Source: Bradyrhizobium sp.
GTDB lineage: Bacteria; Pseudomonadota; Alphaproteobacteria; Rhizobiales; Xanthobacteraceae
DNA length: 44,339 bases
Direction of reading: 5' to 3'
Assembly: GCA_035693465.1 (NCBI GenBank)
Contig: DASSGM010000191.1
Span: forward strand, 1 to 44,339
Below the pieces are notes generated by a model, which was not told where the DNA came from, did no database searches, and worked only from the letters and a program-made list of their open reading frames with translations. Numbering within the stretch: position 1 is the stretch's first letter; the number at the start of each line of letters is the position of its first letter. Shown here in pieces: positions 27,537 through 36,676 of the stretch. The position numbers were made by a program, and so were the translations under genes.

Positions 27537-28151
27537 ATGGGAATGCCGATGATTCGACGTCGATATGTATGCGATACTCTGTACGGCCTTGCGCTGGGAC
27601 TATCTGTCTTCGCGAGCACTACGGCCCACGCCGCCGACATCGCCGCCGGCAAGGAAAAAGCCGAGCTCTGCGTCGCTTGTCACGGCGAGGAGGGCATTTC
27701 GCAAACCGAGAACATTCCCTCGCTTGCCGGCCAGACGGACCAGTTCATTCAGTGGCAGCTGGTTTTTTTCCGCAGCGGCACGCGCAAGAACGAGCAGATG
27801 CAACCGATCGTCGAACAGCTCAACAACGACGATATTCGCAATCTCGGCGCCTACTTCGCCTTGCTCGCGCCACCCAAGGCATCAAAGCCCGACGACAATG
27901 CCGATCTGTCGCGGAAAGGCGCAGAGGCCGCGGCGGGCCGGCGCTGTGCATCATGCCATACCGATAGCTATGCAGGAACGAAGGCGGTCGCCCGCGTCGC
28001 CGGCCAGCGCGAGGATTACCTGCTCAAGGCGCTGCACGATTACAAGTCGGGCGCGCGGTCCGGTGGCGGCATGGCGGCGATGGCGGAGGTCGCCTATCCC
28101 CTGAGCGAAGAGGAAATCACCGCGCTCGCGCATTATCTCGCGCATCTGTGA
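27537..28151 (+). CDS. Di-haem cytochrome c4 / c553
   Basis: Signal peptide ending AHA, CVACH, CASCH, PSLAGQ and RVAGQ with distal Met ligands. The track's first 28 aa are translated REP sequence. Confidence 0.92.
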   Translation: MGMPMIRRRYVCDTLYGLALGLSVFASTTAHAADIAAGKEKAELCVACHGEEGISQTENIPSLAGQTDQFIQWQLVFFRSGTRKNEQMQPIVEQLNNDDIRNLGAYFALLAPPKASKPDDNADLSRKGAEAAAGRRCASCHTDSYAGTKAVARVAGQREDYLLKALHDYKSGARSGGGMAAMAEVAYPLSEEEITALAHYLAHL

Positions 28152-28165
28152 GATTTCAACTACGT

Positions 28166-28264
28166 CCCTCATCCTGAGGAGCGCGCTCTTGCGCGCGTCT
28201 CGAAGGATGAGAGATACACGGCCTCATGGTTCGAGACGGCGCAAGCGCCTCCTCACCATGAGGG
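28166..28264. repeat. REP-like element (CTCATCCTGAGGAG family)
   Basis: CCCTCATCCTGAGGAG...CTCGAAGGATG...TGGTTCGAGAC...CTCCTCACCATGAGGG. Second copy at 30075-30168. Confidence 0.85.
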
Positions 28265-29188
28265 TCATCCCCTTTGCTGCTCATAGGCCTTGAGATGCGT
28301 ATAGGCGGTGCGCAGCTTCGGCACCGGCACCTTTGCGGCATCGGCGCGCGCGATCATGTCACCGACGATGTGATCGGCCTCGACCGGTGCGCCCGCTTTG
28401 ATGTCGCGGTACATCGACGCGGTCAGCGGCGACCCCTCGGTCGTCAGCATTCCGGTGAGGCGCGTCAGAAGCGCCTCGCGCGGCGCATAATCCGCCGCCT
28501 TTGCCACGGCGCTGCATTCGTCACGAACACCAAGCATGAAATCGCGTCCGCCGGGCGCCGCCAGGATATGACCCACTGGCGCGCGCATCAGCGACGTCGA
28601 GCCGGCAATCGTCGCCAGCAGCACCCACTTCTCCCACATGTCCTGCATGATGGTTTCGCTCGCCTGCGAACCGATATTGCCGGGGGCAAAGGTCTCGGCG
28701 ACGGCGCGCACGCGGTTCGATAGGGTGCCATCGCGCTCGCCGAAGGTCAGCGATTGAAACACCGGCGTGAGCTGCACGACATGGCGGTGCTCGTCAAGCG
28801 TCACCGCGATGCCGCACAGGCCACCGAGGACGCGGTCCTTGCCGAATTTTTCGTCGAGGACGTCGAGATGGCGCATGCCGTTAAGCAGCGGGATGATCGC
28901 CGTCTGCGGTCCGACAGCTGGTGCAAAAGACCTGATCGCATCATCGAGGTCGAATGCCTTGCAACTCAACAGGACCACGTCGAATTTCTCGTTGAGCTTA
29001 TCCGCTTGCACGGCAGGCGGATCTTTCAGGGTCACATCCCCGTTCGGACTTTTGATCACGAGGCCATCACGGGCCAGTTCCGCCGCGCGCCTCGGGCGCA
29101 CCAGAAACGTCACGTCGCGGCCGGCCTGCAGCAGCCTGCCTCCGAAATAGCCGCCGATGGCGCCGGCGCCGACCACGAGAATGCGCAT
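28265..29188 (-). CDS. panE: 2-dehydropantoate 2-reductase (ApbA/PanE family)
   Basis: MRILVVGAGAIGGYFG, LSCKAFD, PLLNG, MWEKW, SMYRD and EADHIVG. ATG at 29188. Confidence 0.92.
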   Translation of the reverse strand: MRILVVGAGAIGGYFGGRLLQAGRDVTFLVRPRRAAELARDGLVIKSPNGDVTLKDPPAVQADKLNEKFDVVLLSCKAFDLDDAIRSFAPAVGPQTAIIPLLNGMRHLDVLDEKFGKDRVLGGLCGIAVTLDEHRHVVQLTPVFQSLTFGERDGTLSNRVRAVAETFAPGNIGSQASETIMQDMWEKWVLLATIAGSTSLMRAPVGHILAAPGGRDFMLGVRDECSAVAKAADYAPREALLTRLTGMLTTEGSPLTASMYRDIKAGAPVEADHIVGDMIARADAAKVPVPKLRTAYTHLKAYEQQRG

Positions 29189-29211
29189 CTCTAAACTCCC
29201 CTGTATTTCAC

Positions 29212-29305
29212 CGTCATGCCCGGCCTTGTGCCGGGCATCCACGTCCTTTTACGACCTAGATACAAAATGAAGACGTGGATGGCCGGGTCAAGCCCGGCCA
29301 TGACG
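29212..29305. repeat. REP-like element (CGTCATG(G/C)CCGG family)
   Basis: CGTCATGCCCGGCCTTGTGCCGGGCATCCACGTC ... GACGTGGATGGCCGGGTCAAGCCCGGCCATGACG, a near-perfect inverted pair. Confidence 0.88.
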
Positions 29306-29318
29306 AATGAGCGAGGGC

Positions 29319-30056
29319 CTACCATTTTTCCCCGAACGGGCGGATTTCAAGCTCGAACGTCCAGGCGCTGCGCGGCTGCTGGTAAAGCTGCCAGTAAGTG
29401 GCCGCGACCGACGCCGGCGGCATCAGCAAATCAGGATTATTCAGCGCTTCCTTGCCCCACATCTGCTCGCGGCGCTCGCGCACCCATGCGGTGTCGACGC
29501 CGGAATCGATGATCAGATGCGCGACATGAATGTTCTTCGGTCCAAGCTCGCGCGCGATCGCTTGCGCTACCGCGCGCAGTCCGAATTTCGCGCTGGCGAA
29601 GGCCGCGTAACCGCTGCCGCCGCGCAACGAGGCGGTGGCGCCGGTGAAAAAGATGTTGCCCTTGCCGCGCGCCAGCATTAGCCGCGCCGCTTCGCGTCCG
29701 GCAAGAAAGCCGGAATAGCAGGCCATTTCCCACACCTTGCGGAACACCCGCTCGGTAGTCTCTAGAATCGGAAAATTGACATTGGCGCCGATGTTGAAGA
29801 TGCAGACTTCCAGCGGTGCGTGCTTGTCGGCATCATTGAGGAAGGCCGCGATCTCGTCCTCCTTTCGCGCGTCCAGCGCGCGCGCCATGATCGATCCGCC
29901 AGCGCTCTCGATTTCCTTCACCAGCGGCTCGAGCTTGGCGCCATTGCGCCGCCCCGCGAACACGGTGAAGCCCTCGGCTGCGAATTTCTTTGCGATCTCG
30001 GCGCCGATATAGTCGCCGGCGCCGATCACCGCGGCTGTCGCGTTGCGTTTTTCCAT
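29319..30056 (-). CDS. SDR-family oxidoreductase
   Basis: VIGAGDYIG, FNIGAN, FTGATASLRG, FASAKFGLR (Phe at the usual Tyr position) and IHVAHLIID. Confidence 0.9.
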   Translation of the reverse strand: MEKRNATAAVIGAGDYIGAEIAKKFAAEGFTVFAGRRNGAKLEPLVKEIESAGGSIMARALDARKEDEIAAFLNDADKHAPLEVCIFNIGANVNFPILETTERVFRKVWEMACYSGFLAGREAARLMLARGKGNIFFTGATASLRGGSGYAAFASAKFGLRAVAQAIARELGPKNIHVAHLIIDSGVDTAWVRERREQMWGKEALNNPDLLMPPASVAATYWQLYQQPRSAWTFELEIRPFGEKW

Positions 30057-30074
30057 TCTAGGCTCTCCACTAAT

Positions 30075-30168
30075 CTCATCCTGAGGAGCGGCATCGTCGC
30101 GGCTCGAAGGATGAAATCACACCTTGGTTCGAGATGCCGCGCAAGATGCGCGGCTCCTCACCATGAGG
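30075..30168. repeat. REP-like element (CTCATCCTGAGGAG family)
   Basis: CTCATCCTGAGGAGCG...CTCGAAGGATG...TGGTTCGAGA...CTCCTCACCATGAGG. Confidence 0.85.
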
Positions 30169-30180
30169 TTAACAGGATGG

Positions 30181-30789
30181 TCACTTCCCCGAAACCAGCT
30201 CCTCGACCTCGCGCAGCTGCTCCTTGCCAAAAAACATTTCCTTGCCGACGAAGAAGGTCGGCGAGCCGAACGCGCCGCGCTCGATCGCGGATTGCGTGTT
30301 TTCGATCAGCTTTGCCTTGACGTCGGCATCCTGCGCGCGCGCAAACAGTTTTGCGGCGTCGAGGCCGGAGCCCGCAAGAGCCTTGAGCGCCACTTCGGGG
30401 TCGTCCATCTTTTTCGGCTCAACCCACATGTGATGGAATGCGGCGTCGACGTATTTCTCGAATACGCCCTCGAACTTCGCGGCGACCGCAGCGCGCATCA
30501 AATTGAGGGTATTGACCGGAAAGAACGGATTCGGCGTGTAAGGTCTTACCCCGAAGCGCCTGAGAAAACGCTCGGTCTCGATCACCTGGAACTCCGGCTT
30601 GTTTTTTATGCCGGCAAGCGATTCGGCGGGGGATTTGTTGTTGGTGGCCTTGAAGATGCCGCCGAGCAAAATCGGGACATATTCGAATTTCACGCCGGTC
30701 CGGGTTTCGATTGCCGGGATTGCTTCGTGGCTGAGAAACGCGTTGGGGCTGCCGAAATCGAACAGGAATTGCGGGGCGGGTCGGCTCAC
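30181..30789 (-). CDS. 2-hydroxychromene-2-carboxylate isomerase / kappa-GST (DsbA-like) protein
   Basis: FDFGSPNAFL, PILLGGIFK, FPVNT and GAFGSPTFFVG.EMFFG. Confidence 0.9.
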   Translation of the reverse strand: MSRPAPQFLFDFGSPNAFLSHEAIPAIETRTGVKFEYVPILLGGIFKATNNKSPAESLAGIKNKPEFQVIETERFLRRFGVRPYTPNPFFPVNTLNLMRAAVAAKFEGVFEKYVDAAFHHMWVEPKKMDDPEVALKALAGSGLDAAKLFARAQDADVKAKLIENTQSAIERGAFGSPTFFVGKEMFFGKEQLREVEELVSGK

Positions 30790-30865
30790 GGCGGTCTCCC
30801 TGACGGTGACGGTTCTTATATGATCGCTATCATTTCAACCAGCCTAGCCACCCCGGTCCGCGGGA

Positions 30866-31492
30866 TCAACCGGCGACGCTCCGGCGCGAATCCGCAGGTT
30901 CGAACGCCGCGGCGGCGAGCCGGCGCGCGTGATCGCGCACGTCGGCCGGCCAGGACGCTGTCCACGCCTCAAATCGCGCCGCATCGCCTGCGAACAGCGC
31001 GCGCGCCACTTCCTCGTAATGCGGCTTGTTTTCAGCCATCGCCGCGATGAAGCGATAGGCTGCTTCCTGCGCATGCCTGACCCGGTCCCTGTCCTTGTTG
31101 GCGCGCCTTGCCTCGTCGACCAGTCGGCGCAGTGCCACCGAGGCACCACCCGATTGCTGCGCCAGCCATTCCCAGTGACGCGGCAACAGCGTGACCTCGC
31201 GCGCGACCACGCCCAATTTCGGGCGGCCCGGGCCACGCGGCGCGGGGACTGCGCCTTCCGGGGTGAAAGCCGCGTCCGCCGTTTCAGGCAAACGCGCCAG
31301 CACGTCGTCGAGGGTGCCGCGAAAATCGAGATCGATCGGTCCGCCGGTCGCGCCATCGAAGACCAGAACCGACGCGTCCTTGCGCCGGTCGAGCGTCTGC
31401 TTCGCCGCGCGCGCGACATCGCGAAGGTTGCCGGCCGCAATGCACCGGTCACCCTCGAAGGCGACGGAAGCAATATCGGACGCCGGGTCCAT
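30866..31492 (-). CDS. DUF2239-family protein
   Basis: VLVFD..TG..IDLD.RG, RGPGRPKLGVVAREVTLLPRHWEWL, GGASVALRRLVDEARR and EEVARALFA. Confidence 0.88.
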   Translation of the reverse strand: MDPASDIASVAFEGDRCIAAGNLRDVARAAKQTLDRRKDASVLVFDGATGGPIDLDFRGTLDDVLARLPETADAAFTPEGAVPAPRGPGRPKLGVVAREVTLLPRHWEWLAQQSGGASVALRRLVDEARRANKDRDRVRHAQEAAYRFIAAMAENKPHYEEVARALFAGDAARFEAWTASWPADVRDHARRLAAAAFEPADSRRSVAG

Positions 31493-31518
31493 GAAACACT
31501 CCTGAGTTTCTGCAGCTT

Positions 31519-31560
31519 ATAATACCCGGGTAAATTCAACCCGTCAATAACATCCGGGTA
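31519..31560 (-). promoter_or_regulatory. Sigma-70 promoter of DUF2239 gene overlapped by two palindromic boxes
   Basis: TTGACG (31547-31542)-N17-TATTAT (31524-31519). Boxes TACCCGGGTA (31523-31532) and CATCCGGGTA (31551-31560). Confidence 0.75.
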
Positions 31561-31652
31561 ATATCTCCTTTTTCGGACATCTCGACTTTCCAGCGCGCGG
31601 CTGGCACCACCGGGTGGCGTAACAGTGCCAGAAGCGGCTTTGGGGGATCGCG

Positions 31653-32318
31653 ATGCTCACCGTCCATCATCTCAATAACTCCCGCTCGCAGCGCGTGCTG
31701 TGGCTATTGGAAGAACTAGGCGTCCCCTACGAGATCGTCCGCTACCAGCGCCAGCCCGACATGCGTGCGCCGGCGGATTTGCGCGCCATCCATCCGCTCG
31801 GAAAATCGCCTGTCATCACCGACCAGGGCAACACCATCGCGGAATCAGGCGCGATCGCCGAATACATCCTCGACACCTATGGCGAGGGGCGCCTGATCCC
31901 GCCGCCCCAAACGCCAGAGCGGCTGCGCTACACCTATTGGCTGCACTACGCGGAAGGATCCGCGATGCCGCCGCTGCTATTGAAGCTGTTATTCACGCTG
32001 ATGCCGAAGCGCGCGCCGGCGCTGCTGCGGCCGCTGGTGCGCAAGGTCTCCAACCAGGCGTTGACCACCTTGGTCAATCCGCAGCTCAAGCAGCACATGG
32101 CGTTCTGGGAGAGCGAATTGGGAAAAAGCCAATGGTTCGCCGGCAATCAATTCACTGCCGCCGACATCCAGATGAGCTTCCCGCTGGAAGCGGCTGCCGC
32201 GCGCGGCGGGTTGGAGCAGGGCCACCCGAGAGCGATGGCGTTTCTGGAACGCATTCACGCCCGCCCGGCCTACAACCGCGCGCTGGAGAAGGGCGGACCG
32301 TATACGGTGGGAAGGTAG
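31653..32318 (+). CDS. Glutathione S-transferase
   Basis: SRSQRVLWLLEEL, HPLGKSPV, AESGAI, WLHYAEGS and FTAADIQM. Confidence 0.94.
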   Translation: MLTVHHLNNSRSQRVLWLLEELGVPYEIVRYQRQPDMRAPADLRAIHPLGKSPVITDQGNTIAESGAIAEYILDTYGEGRLIPPPQTPERLRYTYWLHYAEGSAMPPLLLKLLFTLMPKRAPALLRPLVRKVSNQALTTLVNPQLKQHMAFWESELGKSQWFAGNQFTAADIQMSFPLEAAAARGGLEQGHPRAMAFLERIHARPAYNRALEKGGPYTVGR

Positions 32319-32337
32319 CGGACGTAATTTTTCCTCG

Positions 32338-33735
32338 TCATTGCACCGCTGCGATCACTTCCATGACCAGCCGGGCGAGACCGCGGATGTCCCCGGTCGG
32401 ATCGACGGAATTGCCGAGCCGGACGATCACCAGACGCTGCGACGGCAATATCACGACGCGCTGGCCCAGATCGCCGGAGGCAAAATACGAATCACGCGGC
32501 ATGCCGAGCTGGACGCGCGCCTTTGCACGTTCGTGTTCGCTGCGATTGGTCCAGAAGCCGGCGCCATAATCGGTATCGAGCGTGGCGGCGGCTGAAAAAT
32601 CGACCCAGTCCTCGTGCAACACGCGCCGGCCGCCGATTATGCCATCGTTCAGATAGAGCAATCCGAATCGCGCCCAATCGCGGGCGCTCGCCAGCATCGA
32701 TGATGATCCCTGCAGCGTGCCGGTGGCATCGAACTGCAGCGTCACGTGGCGCATCCCCAGCGGATTGAACAGCTCGCGCCAGGCGAATGCCAGCGTCTGC
32801 TCCGGACCGCCGGTGATGTCGCGGATGATCCGCGCCAGTAACTGGGTGGTCGGGCTGGAGTATGCCCAGCGCGTCCCCGGGGGAGCGATCATTGCGGCCT
32901 TGACCGCGAATCCGGCCATGTCGTCGTGCAGGTAGACCATCTGGCTCGAGACATCGAATCCGCTGTTGGTTTCATCGAGCGCAAGACCCGTGGTCATGCG
33001 CAAGAGATGCTCGACCTCGATCTCGCGGCGCGGGTCGGCGGCGCCGTGCCATTCCGGAATGGGCGCCGGCAATGACGGGGAGATGCGGCCCTGCTGGGTC
33101 AGGAGCCCGATCAGGGCGTTGACCACCGATTTGGTCATCGAGAATCCGAGCAACGGCGTATCGACGCCGATGCCATCGGCATAGCGTTCGGCAATCACGG
33201 CGCCGTCATGCACGACGACCACTGCCCAGGTTCTGCGAAACGGCGGCGCCGCCGGCTCTTCGAAGGCGTGATCGAGCGCGGCCTTGAGCTTGGGATCGGA
33301 TGGTTCGACGATGGCGGCGCCGGCAATCTCCGGCAGCAGTGGGGGGCTTTTCGGCGTCTTCAGCGCGTCGATGTCGCTCTTGAGCAGATAGGGCTCGTTC
33401 GGTCCGTGCATGAGCACGCAGCCGAACCCGTCATGAAACGCGGCGCGGCTGCCGAACAAGCCTGCCACCGAAACATCGACGGTCTTGCCGGTTCGATCGA
33501 GATGATATCCGAGCCCCCAACGCAAGCGGCGAATGGCGGCACGATCGGTGGTTTCCGCGAATACCGTTTGCGGATCGAACCCGGAGACAAAGATGTTCGC
33601 GCACGCGGTTGCAGCCACAAATCCGGTCGCCACCCGAATCGCGCGATCGGGGCGGAAGATGGCGGCCGCCGCGACCGATGTGGCCAGCACGAACGCGCCG
33701 ACAGCTGCGCCAGCCAACAATCTCCGCGAAATCAC
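32338..33735 (-). CDS. Serine hydrolase (beta-lactamase/AmpC-like family)
   Basis: SMTK (SxxK), LLRMTTGL, PGTRWAYSS, ARDWARFG and GDLGQ. GTG at 33735 after AAGGAG, with an N-terminal anchor. Confidence 0.9.
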   Translation of the reverse strand: MISRRLLAGAAVGAFVLATSVAAAAIFRPDRAIRVATGFVAATACANIFVSGFDPQTVFAETTDRAAIRRLRWGLGYHLDRTGKTVDVSVAGLFGSRAAFHDGFGCVLMHGPNEPYLLKSDIDALKTPKSPPLLPEIAGAAIVEPSDPKLKAALDHAFEEPAAPPFRRTWAVVVVHDGAVIAERYADGIGVDTPLLGFSMTKSVVNALIGLLTQQGRISPSLPAPIPEWHGAADPRREIEVEHLLRMTTGLALDETNSGFDVSSQMVYLHDDMAGFAVKAAMIAPPGTRWAYSSPTTQLLARIIRDITGGPEQTLAFAWRELFNPLGMRHVTLQFDATGTLQGSSSMLASARDWARFGLLYLNDGIIGGRRVLHEDWVDFSAAATLDTDYGAGFWTNRSEHERAKARVQLGMPRDSYFASGDLGQRVVILPSQRLVIVRLGNSVDPTGDIRGLARLVMEVIAAVQ

Positions 33736-33770
33736 GCCTCTCTCCTTGCGTCCGAATCGGCAGCAAGCTT

Positions 33771-33870
33771 CTAGGGCATGATCCGGAAAAGTGGAAACCG
33801 GCTTTCCGAAAGGATCATGCTCGAACAAAAGACAGCGCTAGAGTCTGGTTCGAGTTGAACCAGACTCTAG
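33771..33870. repeat. 100-bp CTAG-bounded palindromic element (MITE-like)
   Basis: CTAGGGCATGATCC...GGATCATGCTC hairpin, then a perfect CTAGAGTCTGGTTC-GAGTT-GAACCAGACTCTAG hairpin. Confidence 0.8.
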
Positions 33871-34763
33871 CGTGACTTCTGGGCCTCGCCCGCGGAAAGC
33901 AGCGCTTTCACGCTGACACCGGGCGGCGGCATGTCGTCGTCGGGCACAAAGAGATCCAACGCCAGGGGCACGGACGGATCGACGCGGTAGTGCTCAAAGT
34001 CACGCACGCCGCTTTCGTAAAGCACCTTGTCGTCGATGCAGAACCGCCCGCTGAACGCGCGCGACGGCTTTGTGAAAATAACGTAGGCGGCATCGCCCAT
34101 GATTTCCGGCGTGCGGCTGGCGCGCATCATGGCCTCGCCGCCAAGCAGATTGCCGACCGCGGCGGTGGCAATGGCGGTGCGCGGCCACAGCGCGTTGACC
34201 GCGATCCCCGCGGCCTTCAGTTCGGCCGAAAGGCCGAGCACGCACATGCTCATGCCGAACTTCGCAATCGTGTAGGCGGTGGAGCGCTCGAACCACTTTG
34301 CCTGCATGTCGAGCGGGGGTGACAGCATCAGAATGTGCGGATTTTCCGCCTTCTTCAGATGCGGGATGCAGTATTTCGACACCATGAAGGTGCCGCGGGT
34401 GTTGATGCCCATCATCAGGTCGAACCGCTTCATGTCGGTCGCCTGCGAATTAGTCAGGCTGATGGCGCTGGCATTATTGACGCAGATATCGATGCCACCG
34501 AATTCGGCGACGGTCTTGTCAATCGCCGCGATCACCTGCGCCTCGTCGCGGATATCGCACAGGATCGGCAGCGCCTTGCCACCGGCGGCGCGCACCTCGT
34601 CGGCGGCGGTGTAGATGGTGCCCTTGAGCTTCGGATGCGGCTCGGCGGTTTTCGCGGCCAGTGCAACATTGGCGCCGTCGCGCGCGGCGCGCAGCGCGAT
34701 CGCTAGCCCGATGCCGCGGCTGCCGCCGGACACAAATAGCGTCTTGTCCTTGAGTGATGTCAT
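33867..34763 (-). CDS. SDR-family oxidoreductase (HSDL2-like)
   Basis: SGGSRGIG, AAKTAEPHPKL, NNASAI, YTIAK (YxxxK) and NALWPRT. Confidence 0.92.
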   Translation of the reverse strand: MTSLKDKTLFVSGGSRGIGLAIALRAARDGANVALAAKTAEPHPKLKGTIYTAADEVRAAGGKALPILCDIRDEAQVIAAIDKTVAEFGGIDICVNNASAISLTNSQATDMKRFDLMMGINTRGTFMVSKYCIPHLKKAENPHILMLSPPLDMQAKWFERSTAYTIAKFGMSMCVLGLSAELKAAGIAVNALWPRTAIATAAVGNLLGGEAMMRASRTPEIMGDAAYVIFTKPSRAFSGRFCIDDKVLYESGVRDFEHYRVDPSVPLALDLFVPDDDMPPPGVSVKALLSAGEAQKSR

Positions 34764-34804
34764 CGCTCCCTCCCTTGCGGCGTCTGCCGCCGATTGCTTC
34801 CGTA

Positions 34805-36553
34805 CTATTGCCCGGCCGCCTCGGCGCCACGGGTGCGCGGATCGGGGGCGCCGCGCAATCCCGTCGCTGTCACGGCGATCGAATTGGCCGAGGTCTGCCC
34901 CATTGGTTCCATGACGCGATGGCCTTTGGCCCTCAGCGCGGCCAGCGTGTCGTCGGCAAAACCGTGCTCGATCCGCACTTCATCCGGCAGCCATTGATGG
35001 TGCAGCCGCGGCGCCGCCACGGCGGCCGCGACGTCCATGCCGTAGTCGATCACATCGACGATCACCTGCAGCACGGTGGAGATGATGCGGCTGCCGCCCG
35101 GCGATCCCGTCACCAGCACCGGCTTGCCGTCTTTCAGCACGATGGTAGGCGACATCGAGGACAGCGGCCGCTTGCCTGGGCCGGGCAGGTTGGCCTCGAA
35201 GCCGACAAGGCCAAAGGCATTGGAGGCGCCCGGCGCCGCGGTGAAATCGTCGAGTTCGTTGTTGAGCAAAACGCCGGTGCCTTCGGCGACCAGGCCGACG
35301 CCATAGCTGAAATTCAACGTATAGGTGTTGCTGACCGCATTGCCCCGGCTGTCGACCACCGAAAAATGCGTGGTGTTGCTGCCTTCGCGCGGAGGCGTCG
35401 CCGACAGCGCATCGGTCCACGGCGTGGCATGGTCGGGATCGATGCTGGCGCGCTGCCGGGCAGCGTAATCCTTCGAGATCAGGGTTGCGACCGGCGCGTT
35501 GACGAAGGCGGGATCGCCGAGATAACGGGCGCGGTCGGCATAGCCGCGCTTCATCGCCTCGATCATGGCATGCAGCGAGGGCGCAGAGCCCTGCTTCATC
35601 TCGCGCATCGGAAAACCTTCGAGGATATTCAACGTCTCCAGCAGCACGACGCCGCCGGACGACGGCTGCGGCATCGCGAGGATGTCATATCCGCGATAGC
35701 TGCCGCGCACCGGCGCGCGGATCATAGCCTGATAGGACCTCAGATCCTCCGTTGTCATAATGCCGCCGGCGTCCCGGATTGCGGCGGCCAGTTTCTCCGC
35801 GACCGGTCCCTGGTAAAATCCGCGCGGCCCCTGCGATGCGATTGCCGAGAGGGTGGTCGCCAGGTCGGCCTGAACAAGCGTGTCGCCTTCGCGCAACGAT
35901 GTGCCGTCGGCGCGGGAAAAGATTTTCGCCGACGCCGGCCAGCGCGCCAGCCGCCGATACCAGTCCGGCAGAGTATCGGCATTGTCATCGGTGACAACAA
36001 TGCCGTCACGCGCGAGCTCGATCGCCGGCTTCAGCAGATCCGCAAGGGTGAACTTGCCCGAGCCGCATTTCTCCAGCGCCAGCGTCAGTCCCGCGACCGT
36101 GCCGGGCACGCCGATACCAAGCGCCGAATCGCGCGACTTCGCGCTGTCGGGCTTGCCGTCGCTGCCAAGGAAAATATCGCGTGTCATAGCGGCCGGGGCG
36201 GTTTCGCGATAGTCGATGGCGACGTCGGTGCGGCGGTCCGCCGAATGAATGATCATGAAGCCGCCGCCGCCGATGTTTCCCGCGCGCGGATAGGTCACGG
36301 CCAGGGCGAAGCCGGTGGCGACAGCGGCATCAACCGCGTTGCCGCCCCGCCGCAACACATCGGCACCTAGTCGTGCGGCAATTTTCTCCTGAGCCACGAC
36401 CATGCCGTGTTCGGCGACCACGGCATGAATAGCGTCGCTGGCCGGAGGCGTGTAAAAGCCGCGGCGCTGCTCTTGCGCGGCGGCCGGCAAGCAACAGGCG
36501 ACAACCAGCAGGATGGTCGCCAATAACCAGCGCCGCTCTGTAAGAAAGATCAT
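34805..36553 (-). CDS. ggt: Gamma-glutamyltransferase
   Basis: Signal peptide, GGNAVDAA, GNIGGGGF, IDYRETAP, autocleavage site EGSN/TTHFSVVD, LNNELDDF, RPLSSMSP and GSPGG. Confidence 0.97.
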   Translation of the reverse strand: MIFLTERRWLLATILLVVACCLPAAAQEQRRGFYTPPASDAIHAVVAEHGMVVAQEKIAARLGADVLRRGGNAVDAAVATGFALAVTYPRAGNIGGGGFMIIHSADRRTDVAIDYRETAPAAMTRDIFLGSDGKPDSAKSRDSALGIGVPGTVAGLTLALEKCGSGKFTLADLLKPAIELARDGIVVTDDNADTLPDWYRRLARWPASAKIFSRADGTSLREGDTLVQADLATTLSAIASQGPRGFYQGPVAEKLAAAIRDAGGIMTTEDLRSYQAMIRAPVRGSYRGYDILAMPQPSSGGVVLLETLNILEGFPMREMKQGSAPSLHAMIEAMKRGYADRARYLGDPAFVNAPVATLISKDYAARQRASIDPDHATPWTDALSATPPREGSNTTHFSVVDSRGNAVSNTYTLNFSYGVGLVAEGTGVLLNNELDDFTAAPGASNAFGLVGFEANLPGPGKRPLSSMSPTIVLKDGKPVLVTGSPGGSRIISTVLQVIVDVIDYGMDVAAAVAAPRLHHQWLPDEVRIEHGFADDTLAALRAKGHRVMEPMGQTSANSIAVTATGLRGAPDPRTRGAEAAGQ

Positions 36554-36676
36554 CCAAATTCAGCCGCGGGCTCGTGGAAATACGCAAGGGTTGTCGCCGC
36601 CATGAATGCTATATGGGTTTTGCTGCAACAGGCAAAACGCCTCCTCGTGATTGTGATTTGGCAGGACATTTCGAGC

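Noticed and set aside
28166-30168. Recurrent palindromes as a possible CRISPR array
   Set aside because: Copies are dispersed singly between genes, 90-170 bp long, with no repeat-spacer periodicity and no cas genes.
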